From Octopus sinensis (lineage: Eukaryota), in NCBI RefSeq assembly GCF_006345805.1, contig NC_043016.1:8432001-8496000 (forward strand): 64,000 nucleotides of DNA, read 5' to 3'. A program made the translations under genes and the position numbers. The notes beneath the pieces are model-generated. The model was not told the origin of the DNA and ran no database searches. It saw only the letters and a program-made list of their open reading frames with translations. Within the stretch, counting starts at the first letter, position 1. Each line of letters starts with the position of its first letter. Below are positions 49,316-63,725 of the stretch, piece after piece.

Positions 49316-51062
49316 GCAGCAGAAAATTCAACAAAACCTGTTACTCTGAGTTTCACATATTTATATATATATATATACGTGTACAACAAATCAACAGATT
49401 TTCACTGAGTACGTTAATGAGGAGAACCCTTAACTCTCAATAACTCAGAGGCCAGTATAGTCCATCACACTGTATCTATGATACAAACACTTAATTGTCA
49501 ATAGCTCAATCTGCTTAGTTGTATGTAGGTACCACAGTTCACTGTAGTGTGTCTGTGTCCTAAGTATTTATTAACAGTCCAGTACAACTAACTATATTTT
49601 AATGTGGTAGAATATACAAATAGAATGACAAAGATGATTAATTATCAACACCTCAGTCTACCTAACTGTAAGCAGGTACAACAGTTTACCATCATGGATA
49701 GGAGGAGATGACAAGAAAGATTCTACATAGTTATGAGCCAAGAACACACTAGTACACATCTAGAAAATTTGAGCCAACAAGGGAGCCTTCACATGCTAGA
49801 AACAGCAGCTTAATTTCTCTTGAATCACATTCCACCACCCTAGAAAAAGACACTGAATTGTGGTCTTGGGTTTCTTACACATAGGAAAATAGACTGGATG
49901 GTCATGACTGGAATGTCTTTGATGAATCAATTCTGCTTAATTAAGGCTAACCTTGAGCTAAACAATAACAACAGTGATAGACAGTAGACAGCAGGGATAT
50001 AAAATTGAATGTTTTGTTAGTTTTGCAGTGACCTTGTGGAGAAATTCACCTATCATAACCTGAATTCCTACCAAGAAAGAGATATGTTTCACATCAGCTT
50101 TAAATTACAAAATCCACAATGAACTGCATCTGAGATCAGTAAAACTGCTAATTTGCTATTTTGTTGTTTAACCCCAGCTTAGGATTTGATGAAGTAGACC
50201 TAAGCTCAGAAGCATCCCTGCTAGAATTAACAGCCAAAAATTCCTTTCAATTATATCCAACTGTCTTAAGAACAAAGCAAAAAAAAATAACTTTGTATGA
50301 TGTAAATGACACTTTAATGTTTAGTGATTGATAGTCTAGTTATAATGGAATAATGTTATGCGATTTAGATCTGATACTATGTAGCTCTTGTTCAAGAGAA
50401 TATTAGAACTGGTCTGAGATAGATTTGTCTGTCACACTACAAACCAAATTAATGCACAGAAATCTCATTAGATGGTTTGATTTGTACCTGTGAGGCCAAA
50501 CTAAGCAATATGTTGCCAACCATGTTTAGCTGTAAATAATAGCCATAAAACATGGAGGTTATAACACGCACCAAAACATTGAGCTTTTATCAAAAGGAAC
50601 TGAGCAAGATTAAACTGGCCATACCAGGCCCATATATATATTCTATCTGTTTTACATTCAAGCCAGCCAAATCACACCTACTCTGCAATGTCATTCTGAA
50701 AATAAATGATCACATCATCAAAATCTCAAAGCTAAGAGATAATGCATGATTAATCTAAAACAATGTGAATAAGCAAGCATTACATTTGACAGGGTTAAGC
50801 ATACAGAAAGCCTACATATAAACAATTTTGTATCTGGAAGTGTAATTCAATGAATAATGTATGGGCTTCGGTGAGTCAGATGTTAAAGCAGCAGTGTACC
50901 CTAGGTCTACCCCCAACACAAGATTTTACTAAGCAGCAATTATTTCAATTATAGGCAATGAAGAATTTTTTTTTTTGCTAAGGTAGCAAATACCAAAAGT
51001 ATGTCGTAAAAATCCTTAGTTTTTCAGAATTACATTTAGTGATTAGAAAAACAGAATTAGAG

Positions 51063-51130
51063 AGGATTATGTATAATATATATTACATATATATATATAT
51101 TACGTATATATATATATACATTACATATTG

Positions 51131-51161
<31 letters not shown>

Positions 51162-51482
51162 TATATATATTACGTATATATATATATATATATTATATAT
51201 ATATACATTACATATTGTATATATATATATATATATATACATTACATATTATATATATTACGTATATATATACATATACATTACATATTGTATATATATA
51301 TACATTACATATTTATATATATATATATTACATATATAACTATATATATATATACACACATTACATATATATATATATATTTATACACTTTTATTATATA
51401 TATATTACATATATATATGTAATATATATTATATATATATATGTAGTATAAATTTATATATATATATACATACATATATATA
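51063..51482. repeat. TA-based minisatellite with recurring attacatatt(g)tatata unit
   Basis: Direct inspection. Confidence 0.9.
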
Positions 51483-53037
51483 TAAATGAAAATGAAAACC
51501 CATCACCAAAAGAAGATTGAAGCTGAAATAAAAAGCATTAAAATGTCTTTTTTTTATGTAGAATCTAAGATTCATCGATTTCAAAATCTTTGGATTTATT
51601 GATTTCTCTTTTAATGTGTTCATTTAATTATTTAAATGAGTTTTAGGTCAGGGATTAAATTTGATGACTTTTACAAAGATAAAAAGGAAAAAAAATAAGG
51701 AAAAAAAGGAAAAATAATAAATTCCATGACCATCACAAAGGAAAATTTTTCATAGTATGAACAAGTACACCAAGAATTGCAGAGAACTCAGAGTATTCAC
51801 GGAAATAAGATATTATCAAATTTTAGAATCCTAGAAAAAGATCACAACCTCAGACAGGTTCCATGTAGCAGTTTCCAGTAAAACAAAATTGTCAGACAAA
51901 AAAAAAAAAAATTGCTCCACAGATAACATTCCAATAATTCTTAATTGGAAAAAAAAAAACATTCGTAATTGCTAAACATTAATATTTCTAACTATCAGCA
52001 TTCTTTTATAGATCTTTTATTTGTTAAGACTTCTTGGAGATTTGTGCAAATGATAAAAGTGAAAAAATTTTTTTTTTAGAGAGAGAAGTGAAAACAAGAA
52101 ATTTAAAAAAAATACCTAAAGTTTTCTTTTTTCTTTACACCAAATTTTAAGATTATCACACAATATTTTATGTACAAAATAATAATATCAAATTAGGAAT
52201 TGAACAAAAATGGAATTTTCAGAAAAAATTTTAAATGGCTTTTTTTCCTTAAGTCCAATTCATAATAACAATAATAATAATAATAATAATTTTTAGAAAA
52301 TGCTGAACAACAGTTTGCTTTAAGGTTAAAAAAAAAGATACGTAATATCACTTATGTATATATGTGTATATATATATAAACAGAAGATGCATTTTCCCAT
52401 GCTGTTTTGCAGACACTCACACACACTACATAATACTTATACACAGACACATACACACCCTCATATCTATACACACATGCATAGATTACATGCGAGAGCA
52501 TATGTGTATAAAAATAGCAACTGCAGTGGTCAGTCTGATATACATACATATGTAATTACCACTTATAGGAAGACAACACACCATATTAACGAAACGGTGT
52601 GTTACAGAATGGATGTAAGATTAATTATGAACAATTCTGCACAGGCAATTGACACAATACATATACAGTATCTTCCATACATAAACAAGTAAATGAAGCG
52701 ACATGCTAACTCTACATATTGTATATAATTCTGGAATTAAATCAATTCTAAGGGCAAGTAAACTCTAGTTCTGAATAACTTTAAATTTAATTAAAATTTT
52801 TTTTCCTTTAAATTGTCAAAATTTTTTGAAGAGTACCATCAATGAATTAGCTGAATGATTAGGGGAGTTGCAGAATTTAGTTACAATCCTTAACATTCTG
52901 ATATTGAATTTCATCAAAGACAATTATCCTTTTCACCATTCCGTGACCAACAGAATATGGTTAAGAGTGAAGTATTGCAGATAAAAATTCCTAGATATGA
53001 ATGAAATCATGCAACCATGATCATCATCATTGTTTAA

Positions 53038-53259
53038 CCCTTTTGATACCAACCTGACTGAAACCGCCTCTGGCTCTGTAGTACAAATGTTTTGTTTTCA
53101 AAAGTTTTGAATTAAAATCTTCCACCAAACCTTAGTTGCAATTTATGTTCCTAACACTAGCTTAATGATAACTAAGTTATTGTGCTAAATTCTGTCTTAT
53201 ATTTAAAATTAATTGAAAGAAACACAGAGCATCTCAACAGAAATACAGTAATGAAAGGG
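53038..53259 (+). mobile_element. piggyBac-type MITE
   Basis: TTAA|CCCTTT ... AAAGGG|TTAA; TTAA at 53034-53037 and 53260-53263. Confidence 0.85.
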
Positions 53260-53290
53260 TTAAAATATATAATAGAGAAACAATTCTTAA

Positions 53291-53505
53291 TCCTTTTGAT
53301 ACTAACCTGGCTGAAACTGGCTTTGAGTACAAATGTTTTGTTTTCAAAAGTTTTGAATTAAAATCTTCCACCAAACCTTAGTTGCAATTTATGTTCCTAA
53401 CACTAGCTTAATGATAACTAAGTTATTTTACTAAATTCTTTGTTGTATTTAAAAATAATTGAAAGAAACACAGAGAATCTCAAAATAAATATGCTAACGA
53501 AAGGG
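53291..53505 (+). mobile_element. piggyBac-type MITE, second copy
   Basis: TTAA-flanked, highly similar to 53038-53259. Confidence 0.85.
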
Positions 53506-53964
53506 TTAATGCTTGGCTTCCATGCTGGCATGGCAATGGATGACACATCAGGATCTGATGAACTGGAGGACTGCATCAAGCTTCATTGTCTACCTTGACG
53601 TGTTTTCTTTCTTTTTTTTTTTTCTTTTTCATGGCTGGATGACATTCCTAATGCAACCAATTTACAAGAAATCATAACAAATTTGTTTAAGATCAAATAT
53701 AAATTAGCAGTAATTGGACAAAATTATCTCGGATATTTTTCCTGCTACTATAAACACAGTATAAAGTGGAGTTACTACCTTAACAAGTTAGTTTAAAGAA
53801 GAATATGCACAATCTGAATCTAAACATATTAGTTTTATGTAAAGTTTAAAACACGAGGAGTATTAGGAGAGCATCAAAACAGCCGGAACCAAACCAAAAC
53901 AGTGTGAGAAACAGGCTAAATGAATTATTAAATGTGGAGTTTAAAATTTCACTTCCCAATAGCT

Positions 53965-54065
53965 TTGGGTACAATTGTACTGAGTGGCACCTTGGGCAAG
54001 TGTCTTCTACAACAGCCCAAGGCCTTATCAATGGATCTAGCAGGAAGAAACTGAAAGAACCCATT

Positions 54066-54110
<45 letters not shown>

Positions 54111-54628
54111 GTGTATGTATGTGTGTGTGGTAAGAAATTTGCTTCCGGACCACATGGCTTCAGGTTCAGTCCCATTGCATGACACATTGAGCTATAGTAT
54201 CTTCTACAATAACCCAAGCTGACAAAGGCCTTATGAGTGGATTTGGTAGATGGAAACTGTAAGAAACCCATTGAGGGGATGAGTGGTAAGTAGCTTGCTT
54301 ACCAACCACATGGTTTCGGGTTCGGTCCCACTGTGTGGCACCTTGGCAAGTGTCTTCTATTATAGCCTTGGGCTGACCAGAGCCTTATGGGTGGATTTGG
54401 TAGATGGAATCTGAAAAAAGTGTGTGTGTGTATGTATGTATATTTATGTGTGCCTGTGTTTGTCCACCCATCATCGACTGACAACCAATCCCTGTAACTT
54501 AGCAGTTTGGCAAAAGAGACCGATAGGATAAGTACTAGGCTTACAAAGAATAAATCCTGGGGTCAATTTGTTCGACTAAAGGCGGTGCTCCAGCATGGCT
54601 GCAGTCAAATGACTGAAACAAACAAAAG
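53965..54628 (+). mobile_element. Cluster of three SINE B heads and one tail, CpG-decayed
   Basis: Repeated ggcaccttgggcaagtgtcttcta...ggatttggtagatggaa segments. Confidence 0.8.
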
Positions 54629-55032
54629 AATGTGTGTGTGTGTTTGTCAGTCTGTGTTTTACTATCTCCATGCTTTGACATTGCAAAATAGTTCTAAAAA
54701 GAGTGTCACCAATCATGCAAGCAAGTGGCATCCTTCCTTTCTGATGTGCTGTGAAAGATACGTTTGGCTGTTGAGAAATATTTTCTTGCCAGGAAACAGG
54801 TGAGGGTTGGTGACAGGGAGGGCATCTGGACATAGAAAATCTGCATCAATAAAATACCAGCCAACCAGTGTGCGTGTGTGTCCTTGTTTCGACATTATGC
54901 AATAGACATTAACAAACATCAGTCATGTGGGCCTCGTTTCCAATCTTCTATGAAAATAAGGCATAGCCCAGGGAGAAATTGTTACTTTGCTTGGAAACAG
55001 ATGAAGGTTGGTGACAAGTAGGGCAGCCTCCA

Positions 55033-55340
55033 TGTGGAGGCACATGGCCTAGTGGTTAGAGCACTGGACTCGCTGTCGAGGGATCGCGGGTTTGAATCTC
55101 AGACCAGGTGATGTGTGTGTTTATGAGCGAAACACCTAAGCTCAACGTGGCTCCGGCAGAAAGTAATGGCGAAACTTCTGCTGACTCTTTCGCCACAACT
55201 TTCTCTCACTCTTTCCTCCTGCATCTTGCAGCTCACCTGCGGCGGACCGGCGTCCCATCCAGATGGTTAACCTATACGCCAAGGAAACTGGGAAACCGGC
55301 CCTTATGAACCAGGCATGGCTGGAGAAGGTACAGATAAAC
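55033..55340 (+). mobile_element. SINE family C (tail type ii)
   Basis: Homologous to 11777-12086. Confidence 0.85.
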
Positions 55341-55409
55341 TAGCCATACAAAACCTACTTCAGAAAAAATCCCTTTGACCCACATAAGCATGGAAAAGTA
55401 GATGCTGTT

Positions 55410-55444
<35 letters not shown>

Positions 55445-56552
55445 AGTGATTTGAATCAACACAGTTTAATACTTCTGCAGCAAACAAAACAAACACCAAA
55501 TAACAACACATGCTATACTAAAGACAACTTGTATGCCAAGGGCAATATCAAGATAGGCAACAGAAAAGCTGAAGTGGGCCTTAGCAGGCTCCGAAGGGCA
55601 TATTCTCCTATGATTGACACCTATTCATTTGAAATGTAAATCTGGTAGTAGAAATTGAGGAACAGTGATGACTAGCTCTTAAAACAAGTGACTTGGGATG
55701 ATATGCTGTAAACAAATACTAAAACACTGACCTAAAACACAAAACAATTCAAAATATTCAAGTACAAATGTAAGAAAAGAGCCTTCCTATTCGACTATAA
55801 AGAGGAAACGGTAAACAAACAGGAAACTACATGAGAACGATTCAGTCAAAGGAAATAAATCAAACAGATGAGATTCTACACTCCAGATGTATGAATCAAT
55901 AATCGCACTGTAAATATATTCTAAGTATAGCATAAGTGGCAAAGATCAGGAACTCAAAACTGTCAACAAAACAGAAAGCTTTTGGAAAACTGGAAGGAAC
56001 ATGACAGAGGTGAAGGATTTTGGGTAAAAATAATAGCATCCTGTTACTTCAGAATTATATGCTATGCAATACAATATATATGTGTTATACAATAATATGT
56101 TAAACAATATATATGTTATACTGGATAAAGTAAGTAAATTTGAAAATAGTAATTAATAAATGTTCATGTAAAAAATAAATAAGTGATGAGGGCTTTGACA
56201 ATTCCAGATATTTATTTCATTACAGAAGTAAATATATATACTTTAATCTCAGAGACTAGTGTGGCTTTGCTCAGAAATTGTTTCTTAATATCCAGCAGGA
56301 AAGTATAACAGAATATTTGCAAAAGAGAAACTTTGTAGCAAATTAGTAGAATTACATTGGTGGACAATATACAAACAAATGCACAAAAATATTCACCAGT
56401 TGTAATGGATATGTATTTCAATGTACAAAATCCTAGAAGGCAAAGTTAATCCTTACAGGATTGTTTGTCGATGGCTGTCATATAGCATTAATTAAACACA
56501 TAACTGAAATGTTATTTCATCAGTTAAATTAAGTTTCAATGTTTATGACAGT

Positions 56553-56995
56553 ACATCATCATCATTGTTTGACCGTGGTCGAGACAATAGAATTTACTAT
56601 GTTACGCCAAGACTTCACAGTCCATCATAGCATTACGGAGGTCTTGTTGTTGGATGCCTGTAACCCTGGAGATTACATCAGGGTAGGAGAGTGTGTGCCC
56701 TCTGGTATCACGAGCAAATGGTTTCCAGAGGAGAAGAGTAGAAATTACCTCGTTTTCAGCTCTACAGCAATGTCCAGCAAACTGGACTCTTCTACCTTTC
56801 AAAAGAGATGATACAGGTGGTAATTTCCCATATATTTGTACTTTGGTTGGATGGCACTTCCACGAGAGATTCTGAGCTCTCATAAGGAGGCAAGCGTAAG
56901 TTCCATCCAACCGCCTCTCAAGCTTCTTTGATAACGTCCAGGTTTCTGAGCCATGTAGTAGAATTGGTTCGACTGTGGCTTTGACAGTACAATTG
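56553..56995 (-). mobile_element. RTE-type LINE ORF2 3' end
   Basis: DGTYACLLMRAQNLSWKCHPT...RRVQFAGHCCRAENEVISTLLLWKP...YPDVISR; (TGA)n tail. Confidence 0.9.
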
Positions 56996-57239
56996 ATTCG
57001 GTGTTAAAGAGTATTATTATTCAATGTACAAGGTATATCTCTCCTTGGTTAGCCTTCAAAACCAAATGGAGGAGACTGTGTAGCAGAAGTTAAAAATATC
57101 TAGTGTTAAAAAAAATAATCGTGTTAATTACATGGTGGCACAATATTTGAGTATTTAAGATGTGTGACTTCAATATGAAAAAAAAAAAAGAGGTTATCCT
57201 GTGCAACTTCCTGATAATTTCACTACTAATTAGATACTA

Positions 57240-57570
57240 CTAACCCAGCAATGGATTGTCCCCTAAAATAATAAACAGTTTGATATGTGACCTGCATACA
57301 ACCAATCCACTTCCCAACTGGCGGAAACGGGTGGGCAGGCAACTGAAGACCTGGGTTACGACGATCAAGGAGGACCTCTCCGTGCTCACGGGACCACAGG
57401 TGGTCGGCCTGCGCCACTGGAACCGTGACTGGCTCGCTATCTCCAGTGAACTGGCGCAGGACCGTCATGCGTGGGCTGCCATGGTTCGAGATGCTTCGAG
57501 GGTGGTTGAAGAAGTCGACTCAACCCACCCAGTGTGAATGTCACTACAAGTACAAGTAAGTAAGTAAGTA
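57240..57570 (+). mobile_element. RTE-type LINE 3' end (second family)
   Basis: WRKRVGRQLKTWVTTIKEDL...LAQDRHAWAAMVRDA; (TAAG)n tail. Confidence 0.85.
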
Positions 57571-58026
57571 TACAACCAATCGCAAGCTCTTGGACATCAG
57601 TATCATTCATCTAATGAGCTATCCAACAGAATTGTTACAAATCACAGTTATGATGAACCAACCCAGTGGAATTATTTGATTGAAAATGAAGAGACATCTT
57701 AAATATATAGACATTCCTTGAGAAATACACTGGTAGCATTTGAATGTATGCAACATACCATAGATGGTATGGAATAAAAGTAAAGCCAACCTTGCAGGAT
57801 TTGAAAAGAGAATGTAATCCACCAGAAGAAATGCCGCTAAACATTTCTTTGATATGCTAATGATTCTGCTATCTTACCATCTTAATAATAATTCTTTCTA
57901 CAATAGACACAAGGTCTGAAATTGTTCAGAGAGGGGCTGGTCAATTATATTGACCACAATGTTCTATTGATGCTTATTTTACCAACCTGAAAATGATGGA
58001 AGGTAAAGTCAACCTCAGTGGTATTT

Positions 58027-58251
58027 AAGGCGGCAGATTCATTAGCACACCGGGCGAAATGCTTAGCGGTATTTCGTCTGCCATTGCGTTCTGAGTTCAA
58101 ATTCCGCCGAGGTCGACTTTGCCTTTCATCCTTTCGGGGTCGATAAATTAAGTACCAGTTACGCACTGGGGTTGATGTAATCGACTTAATCCGTTTGTCT
58201 GTCCTTGTTTGTCTTCTCTGTGTTTAGCCCCTTGTGGGTAGTAAAGAAATA
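58027..58251 (+). mobile_element. Young SINE A inserted into an antisense SINE A
   Basis: CpGs intact; ggtattt on both flanks; host fragments at ~57930-58026 and 58252-58275. Confidence 0.9.
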
Positions 58252-58399
58252 GGTATTTGAACGCAGAACATAAAACTGGAAGAAATGTCACACAGCCTTT
58301 TGTCCGACATGCTCACAATTCTACCAGTTCCTCAACCTAATTAATATATTATAATAGGTTCAAGTAAGTGACAAATCAATATGTGTTAGGCCTATTTGT

Positions 58400-58640
58400 A
58401 ATTGAATGAAACCATGTAAAAGAATTGGACAAGCAAAACAGATATTTCGGGTACGTCATACGGGACCACGAATGTGGTTGGTTCCTGAAAAATCCTCAGG
58501 AAAATGCCCAATAGAAAAAGACCTAGGAGAAACTGGATTGATAACATTGTGAAGATAACAGGAAAAGAAGATGTATCAATTATTAAGAGCAGTAGTAAAC
58601 AGAAATGGAGAAAAATTGTTGGCCCTAGCCAACCCCCACA
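58400..58640 (+). mobile_element. RTE/CR1-like LINE RT C-terminal remnant
   Basis: With a frameshift: RYFGYVIR...RKRPRRNWIDNIVKITG...KWRKIV. Confidence 0.75.
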
Positions 58641-58800
58641 TACATTCCTGGGGTTGATGGATGAAGATGAGGGCAATTGATTATTTATATATTTGGACTG
58701 GGCCTGACGAAGCCTTCCAGCTTCACAGACCCCAGTTGACCCGTCCAACCCATGCTAGCATTGAAAGCGGACGCTAAATGATGATGATGATGATGATGAT
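58640..58800 (+). mobile_element. Family D 3' end with (GAT)n tail
   Basis: ccgtccaacccatgctagcattgaaagcggacgctaaatgatgat. Confidence 0.75.
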
Positions 58801-59824
58801 TGAGGAGTTTATCATTTGCTTTATTTCTGTTTTTGTCAGTCAACAGAACAGATAAAGAAAGAACAAACAAACAAAAAAAAAACCATTCCAGTAACAGCAA
58901 ACAATAATATGTTTATCTTGATTCAGAGCAGACTTTATGGAGATGTGGGAAGGAAAAATGGTTGTGGTGCTGATCAGAAGTCGTTGGGCCTCAGAAATGG
59001 GATAATGAAGCACTACAAAAAAAAAAGCACTGTATATGTGGAACAAACCTGTTCAACCAATGCCAGCACGGAAGAACAGATGTGATGATGATGATGATGT
59101 TAATGAAGAAAAAGCAATAAAGGTGCTGAAGCTAATCAAGAAGTCATGAGTTAAAATTCCATTAATGCCCTCACCAATTCCCTCATTTCAATAATTCTGA
59201 AAAGCAAATCTGCAAGAAAACATTATCAACACTTAACGCCACATGCACATACACAAATGCAAAAGGTACCTCTACATGGTACCTGCTAGAAACAGAAGCC
59301 AAATCTCTCATTGTAAGGGTGGGGAAGGCATGCGATAATGTATTCTAGAGCACACTGAATAAAAGACACAATGGTCAAGGCTGGAATATTTTTTTATTTA
59401 AGGTCTGCTGGATCAGACCTGGCCTTGGGCTAAATGACAGCAATATTCTCATCACTTAGTAGAACCAAATAATGTTTGTAACCTACATAAAGCAGATGTA
59501 ACTGTGTTAAAGAAAGACTCTGCTATCACTAGAATTTGTTATGACAAATGGCAACAGTGTTGGCAGAATACAGTGTTACCCCACTTTGCAACAATCTAAT
59601 CTAATCTAGGTATAGTTCCGTTTAACTCTTTTGTTAACCATATTTCTGTTGAAGTTCACAGTCTTTCTTTGAATTTTAAAAACAATGAAGAATTAACCTT
59701 TCCGATACCAACCCACCCAAGACCACATTTGATTCTATGACACACAACTTCCTGTCTTAAAGTCATCTAAATTGAAAATTTTCATCGATGTTTCATGTCA
59801 ATTTATGTTCCAAACTTTGAAACA

Positions 59825-60112
59825 TCACTGTGACTGACCAGGCTATCAGATGTTGCTACACATTGCTGGTCACAATGCACTTCGCATTCTTTTAGCCTTC
59901 AAATGACACCACCCCGCTGGCTATGCGAGCAGGCCAACAAAAGAAAGAGTGAGAGAAAGTTGTGGTGAAAGAGTACAGCAGAGATTGCCACTACCCCCTG
60001 CCGGAGCTTCGTGGAGCTTTAGGTGTTTTCGCTCAATAAACACTCACAACGCCCGGTCTGGGAATCAAAACCGCGAGTCCGCTGCCCTAACCACAGGGCC
60101 ATTACGCCTCCA
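59825..60112 (-). mobile_element. SINE family C (tail type iv)
   Basis: Same head and core as the 20194 copy, different 3' tail. Confidence 0.8.
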
Positions 60113-60149
60113 AACTTTGGAACATAAATGAACATAAATTGACATACTC

Positions 60150-60390
60150 CAATGATTAGGGAACACCAAGTGGCAGTATTCTATCACCATCGGAACCAAA
60201 AACTTGAAAGCCACCAGAAGAGGAAAGGAAGAAACGAAACAACAGGAAAGAAAGGCTTCACAAAATTCATCTTGTCCTCTGCCAACATTACCATGCAGTC
60301 AATGCCATCAATTCTTCTATGCAAGAATTGGTCTACAGAGTCATCAACAGCATCACCATAAAGGAAGCATTCAACAAAGAAGAAAATAAA
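60150..60390 (+). mobile_element. RTE-type LINE C-terminal zinc-finger remnant
   Basis: CSQCHQFFYARIGLQSHQQHH resembles the C..C...F.ARIGL.SH...H end of RTE ORF2. Confidence 0.8.
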
Positions 60391-61230
60391 TTCTTGGATA
60401 AGAGATAAAACTGATCACGACAATGACAATCGATATTCCAAATATGAGCTTAATTAAGACAAAGTTTATATTACTAAATGTTTCTGTAACAGAAGGGTTA
60501 AGTAAAATAACTTTAAACTGGTTTAAAACATAAATTAATATTAAATTTTGATCACTATAAAACAAAGTTTGTATCACAGAGCCAGGAGTAATTATGGGTG
60601 GCTAGGTATCAAAGAGGCTAATCAGCCTTGTCCTAGGGTCAAATAACAATAACAACAACCACCTGACACAACCATACAGTTGCTCAAGTGGAGCTGACCT
60701 GGGGTTTAACTTTGTTTATTTTTTCTTTACTTGTGATTTTTTTTTTTTTGGATATATATATTTTTTAATAGGAAGTTTTATGTCTAAAAATTATAAAAAT
60801 TAAACTAAAACTACTTAGAAAAAAGACATAAAGGTACCACAAAAAAAAAACTGGAAGTAATAACAATTCTATGAAATCTTAGAATTAATGTCACATTTTT
60901 GAGAAATTCAGCATTTCAGTTGAGGATCTTAAGTCTTGAAATTAAGAATTGGTCTTTTATTGACAAGCAGTGGTTAGAAACAGTAAATTATGAGGAAAGG
61001 AGAGAAATAAATGCTTGTATACAGAAATATGTTATGTGAAAGGACAATGCATTTAGAAAAATGTGAGAGAAAATCCCACTAAAATCATAATTTTAATTGA
61101 ATATTGGTGAAGAAAAATCATGTGTGTGTGTGTGTGTATACACATACATACATACAGAGAGAGAGATAGTGATGGGAAGAGAGAGAGAGTGTGATGGGGA
61201 GAGAAAGAGAGAGAGCGAGAGAGGCAAAAG

Positions 61231-61365
61231 CATGGCTGTGTGGTAAGAAGTTTGTTTCCAACTACATGATTCTGAGCTCAGTCCCAATGTGTTGCACCTC
61301 AGGCAAGTGTCTACTGCTATAGTCCTGGGAGATGGAAACTGAAAGAAGCCCATCATGAGTATGTG
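61231..61365 (+). mobile_element. SINE B head fragment
   Basis: catggctgtgtggtaagaagttt...gaaactgaaagaagcc. Confidence 0.75.
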
Positions 61366-61584
61366 TATTACTGTCTCCTTGCTTGTCTTGAGATGGCGTG
61401 GCAGTTTTGTAAACAAATTGCACTGTGATGCAAGCAATATCCTTTATTATAACCAATATTCCATGAAACCATATCTGGTCAAGGGAAATATTGCCTTAAG
61501 GGTTGGTGACAAGAAATGCATCTAGCCATACAAATTCTGTCTGATCCATGCGAGCCTGGAAAAGTGGACATTAGAATTACTCCC

Positions 61585-61953
61585 TAGAGCACCATCCGAG
61601 CGTGATCGCTGCCAGAGCGGCTATCTGGCCTCCGTGCCGGTGGCACGTAAAAAGCACCATTCGTGCGTGATCGTTACCAGCATCGTCTTACTGGCGCCTG
61701 TGCCAGTGGCATGTGGAAAAAGATTCGAGCGAGGTCATTGCCAGTACCGCCTGACTGGCCCTCGTGCCGGTGACACGTAAAAAGCACCCACTACACTCTC
61801 AGAGTGGTTGGCATTAGGAAGGGCATCCAGCTGTAGAAACTCTGCCAGATCAAGATAGAAGCCTGGTGCAGCCATCTGGTTCGCCAGCCCTCAGTCAAAA
61901 TAGTCCAACCCATGCTAGCATGGAAAGCGGACATTAAACAATGATGATGATGA
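61585..61953 (+). mobile_element. RTE-derived family D element
   Basis: Internal subrepeats and (GAT)n tail. Confidence 0.8.
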
Positions 61954-62703
61954 TTCGCCACTTGCTTATTAATTTCCCTTCCCCATCTGATTTTAAGTTC
62001 TATTTCTTCGCTTATTGCATTTGATTTTCATGTATGAAAACTGATACTTACTAACCTATTTGAGGTGGTTAATAACATAAAGGCTGAGGTGATTTTCAAC
62101 TGATATAGATCTATGTCTATCAAGCACCTAATAATGCTTACCTTTATATTTGGCCTTCTTAAACAAAGCTTTACAAGAAGTATCTGCTAAATTTGGATGG
62201 TAATCAAATTTTTTTAGTTGTTATTTTTTTTAACTTTTCAATAACCATTATCTTCTGTACACATAAGAATCTATGAACTAATTTGTTTGTAAACAGGTGT
62301 TATGTTAGCACCAAACACTAAAATATACTGCTACCCCAGAATAATTCAAAGACAGACATAGAAAATGTACAAAATTTAATACTCTGGGCTTATCCTTTCA
62401 TCTGAGACAAAATGTACAGAGGAAGAGCAAGACTTAAAATCTTAAGTTCCACATCACTAATTTCTTCAGATTTTGGACATTAGTCTATAGTTGAATCTAA
62501 ACCATGTTTGTATTCATTATTTCATTATCTGCCATATAGAGAAAACAAAGATCATTCAAGCTTGGTATTATTGTTCTCATAATACAAAGAACCTACCAAT
62601 AATAAATGGGATGGGGAAATACTTTTTCTACAGTTAACCTTAAGATTCAATAAGTTTGTATCATTCTCCAGATGAATCACTCCTTGTATAAAATATTTTA
62701 CAG

Positions 62704-62800
62704 TCTCGAGTGAATCATTAAAGTTTCGAGAATTTGAAAAACAATTAAGAGATGACAATAGATTCTTAATAACCAGCTATCTGAAAATCAAATTTCTTAG
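62704..62800 (+). CDS. Weak candidate internal exon (SSESLKFREFEKQLRDDNRFLITSYLKIKFL)
   Basis: Acceptor tattttacag, donor AG|GTGAGT, one open frame; protein not recognised and orientation unconfirmed. Confidence 0.2.
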
Positions 62801-63095
62801 GTGAGTTCATGAACAGACCAGCCATTTTATTACACAATAGTACACTTATGCATCTGCAGGTCTTAAACTTAATAAACTCCATTTTTGTAAGAACCTACTT
62901 TTGGGTGATAACGGCTTTTTCTTTGCATCTTAACGATCTCTGGTTCCCAGATTTATGTTGTAATATGCCATTAGTCAAAAATGTCGCTTGTTTAACTTCT
63001 TTGCTCTCCGTCATAACGTGTTTTAGTAATATATCAATAAAAACAAGCATTTCCACACAATATGTCATCCACAGGGTATAACAGAGAGGTTATAC

Positions 63096-63141
<46 letters not shown>

Positions 63142-63554
63142 ACATACATACATACATACATACACACACATATATACAAGTGAGTGGACAAATGAAAGAA
63201 GGGCACTCAACACATTTATTGGGAGTTACATGTTTTGCTTTTATCCCCGTTATATATATATAAGCATATACATACACACACCTGTGAGTCCCCTTGGCAA
63301 CTGCCCAGTGTGTGCCATATGCCTTAAACCAGCACTGACCAGCCGTGAAATATAAGAGGATAAATAAAGAAATGTAATTAAAAAAAAAAAGTTCAACTGT
63401 CTTATAACTTAATTCACTCGGTTACTTTAACTTCAACAGCAGAGGAGAATAAAAAGAAAATTATCATGTTGTAAACAGCATGGTCACTCACCTTGAAACT
63501 GACATAGAGAAATACATGAAACATATCCTATGGATTGTACTCGGTGTTAAAAAG

Positions 63555-63725
63555 ACATTGGTGAGCTGGTAGAATCATTAGCAAGCCAGACAAAATGCTC
63601 AACAACGTTTTGCTTATTGTTATATTCTGAGTTCAAATTTTACTGTTGTTGATTTTGCCTTCATCCTCTCAGAGCTGATAAATTAAGTACCAGTTGAACA
63701 CCGGGGCTGATGTAATCGACTTATT
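63555..63725 (+). mobile_element. SINE A, CpG-decayed
   Basis: tggtgagctggtagaatcattagc head and gccttcatcctctcagag core. Confidence 0.7.

Larger units (their letters stand above)
59622..60501. mobile_element. Fragmented piggyBac-type MITE pieces hosting SINE C and RTE inserts
   Basis: TTAAC(C/T)C starts at 59622 and 59693; aagggTTAA end at ~60501; similarity to 53038-53259. Confidence 0.5.

Noticed and set aside
58392-58748. Hydrophobic, membrane-protein-like ORF
   Set aside because: Antisense of a LINE RT remnant plus a family D element
62170-63050. Long decayed-looking minus-strand frame
   Set aside because: Stop density is close to random expectation and no family was recognised
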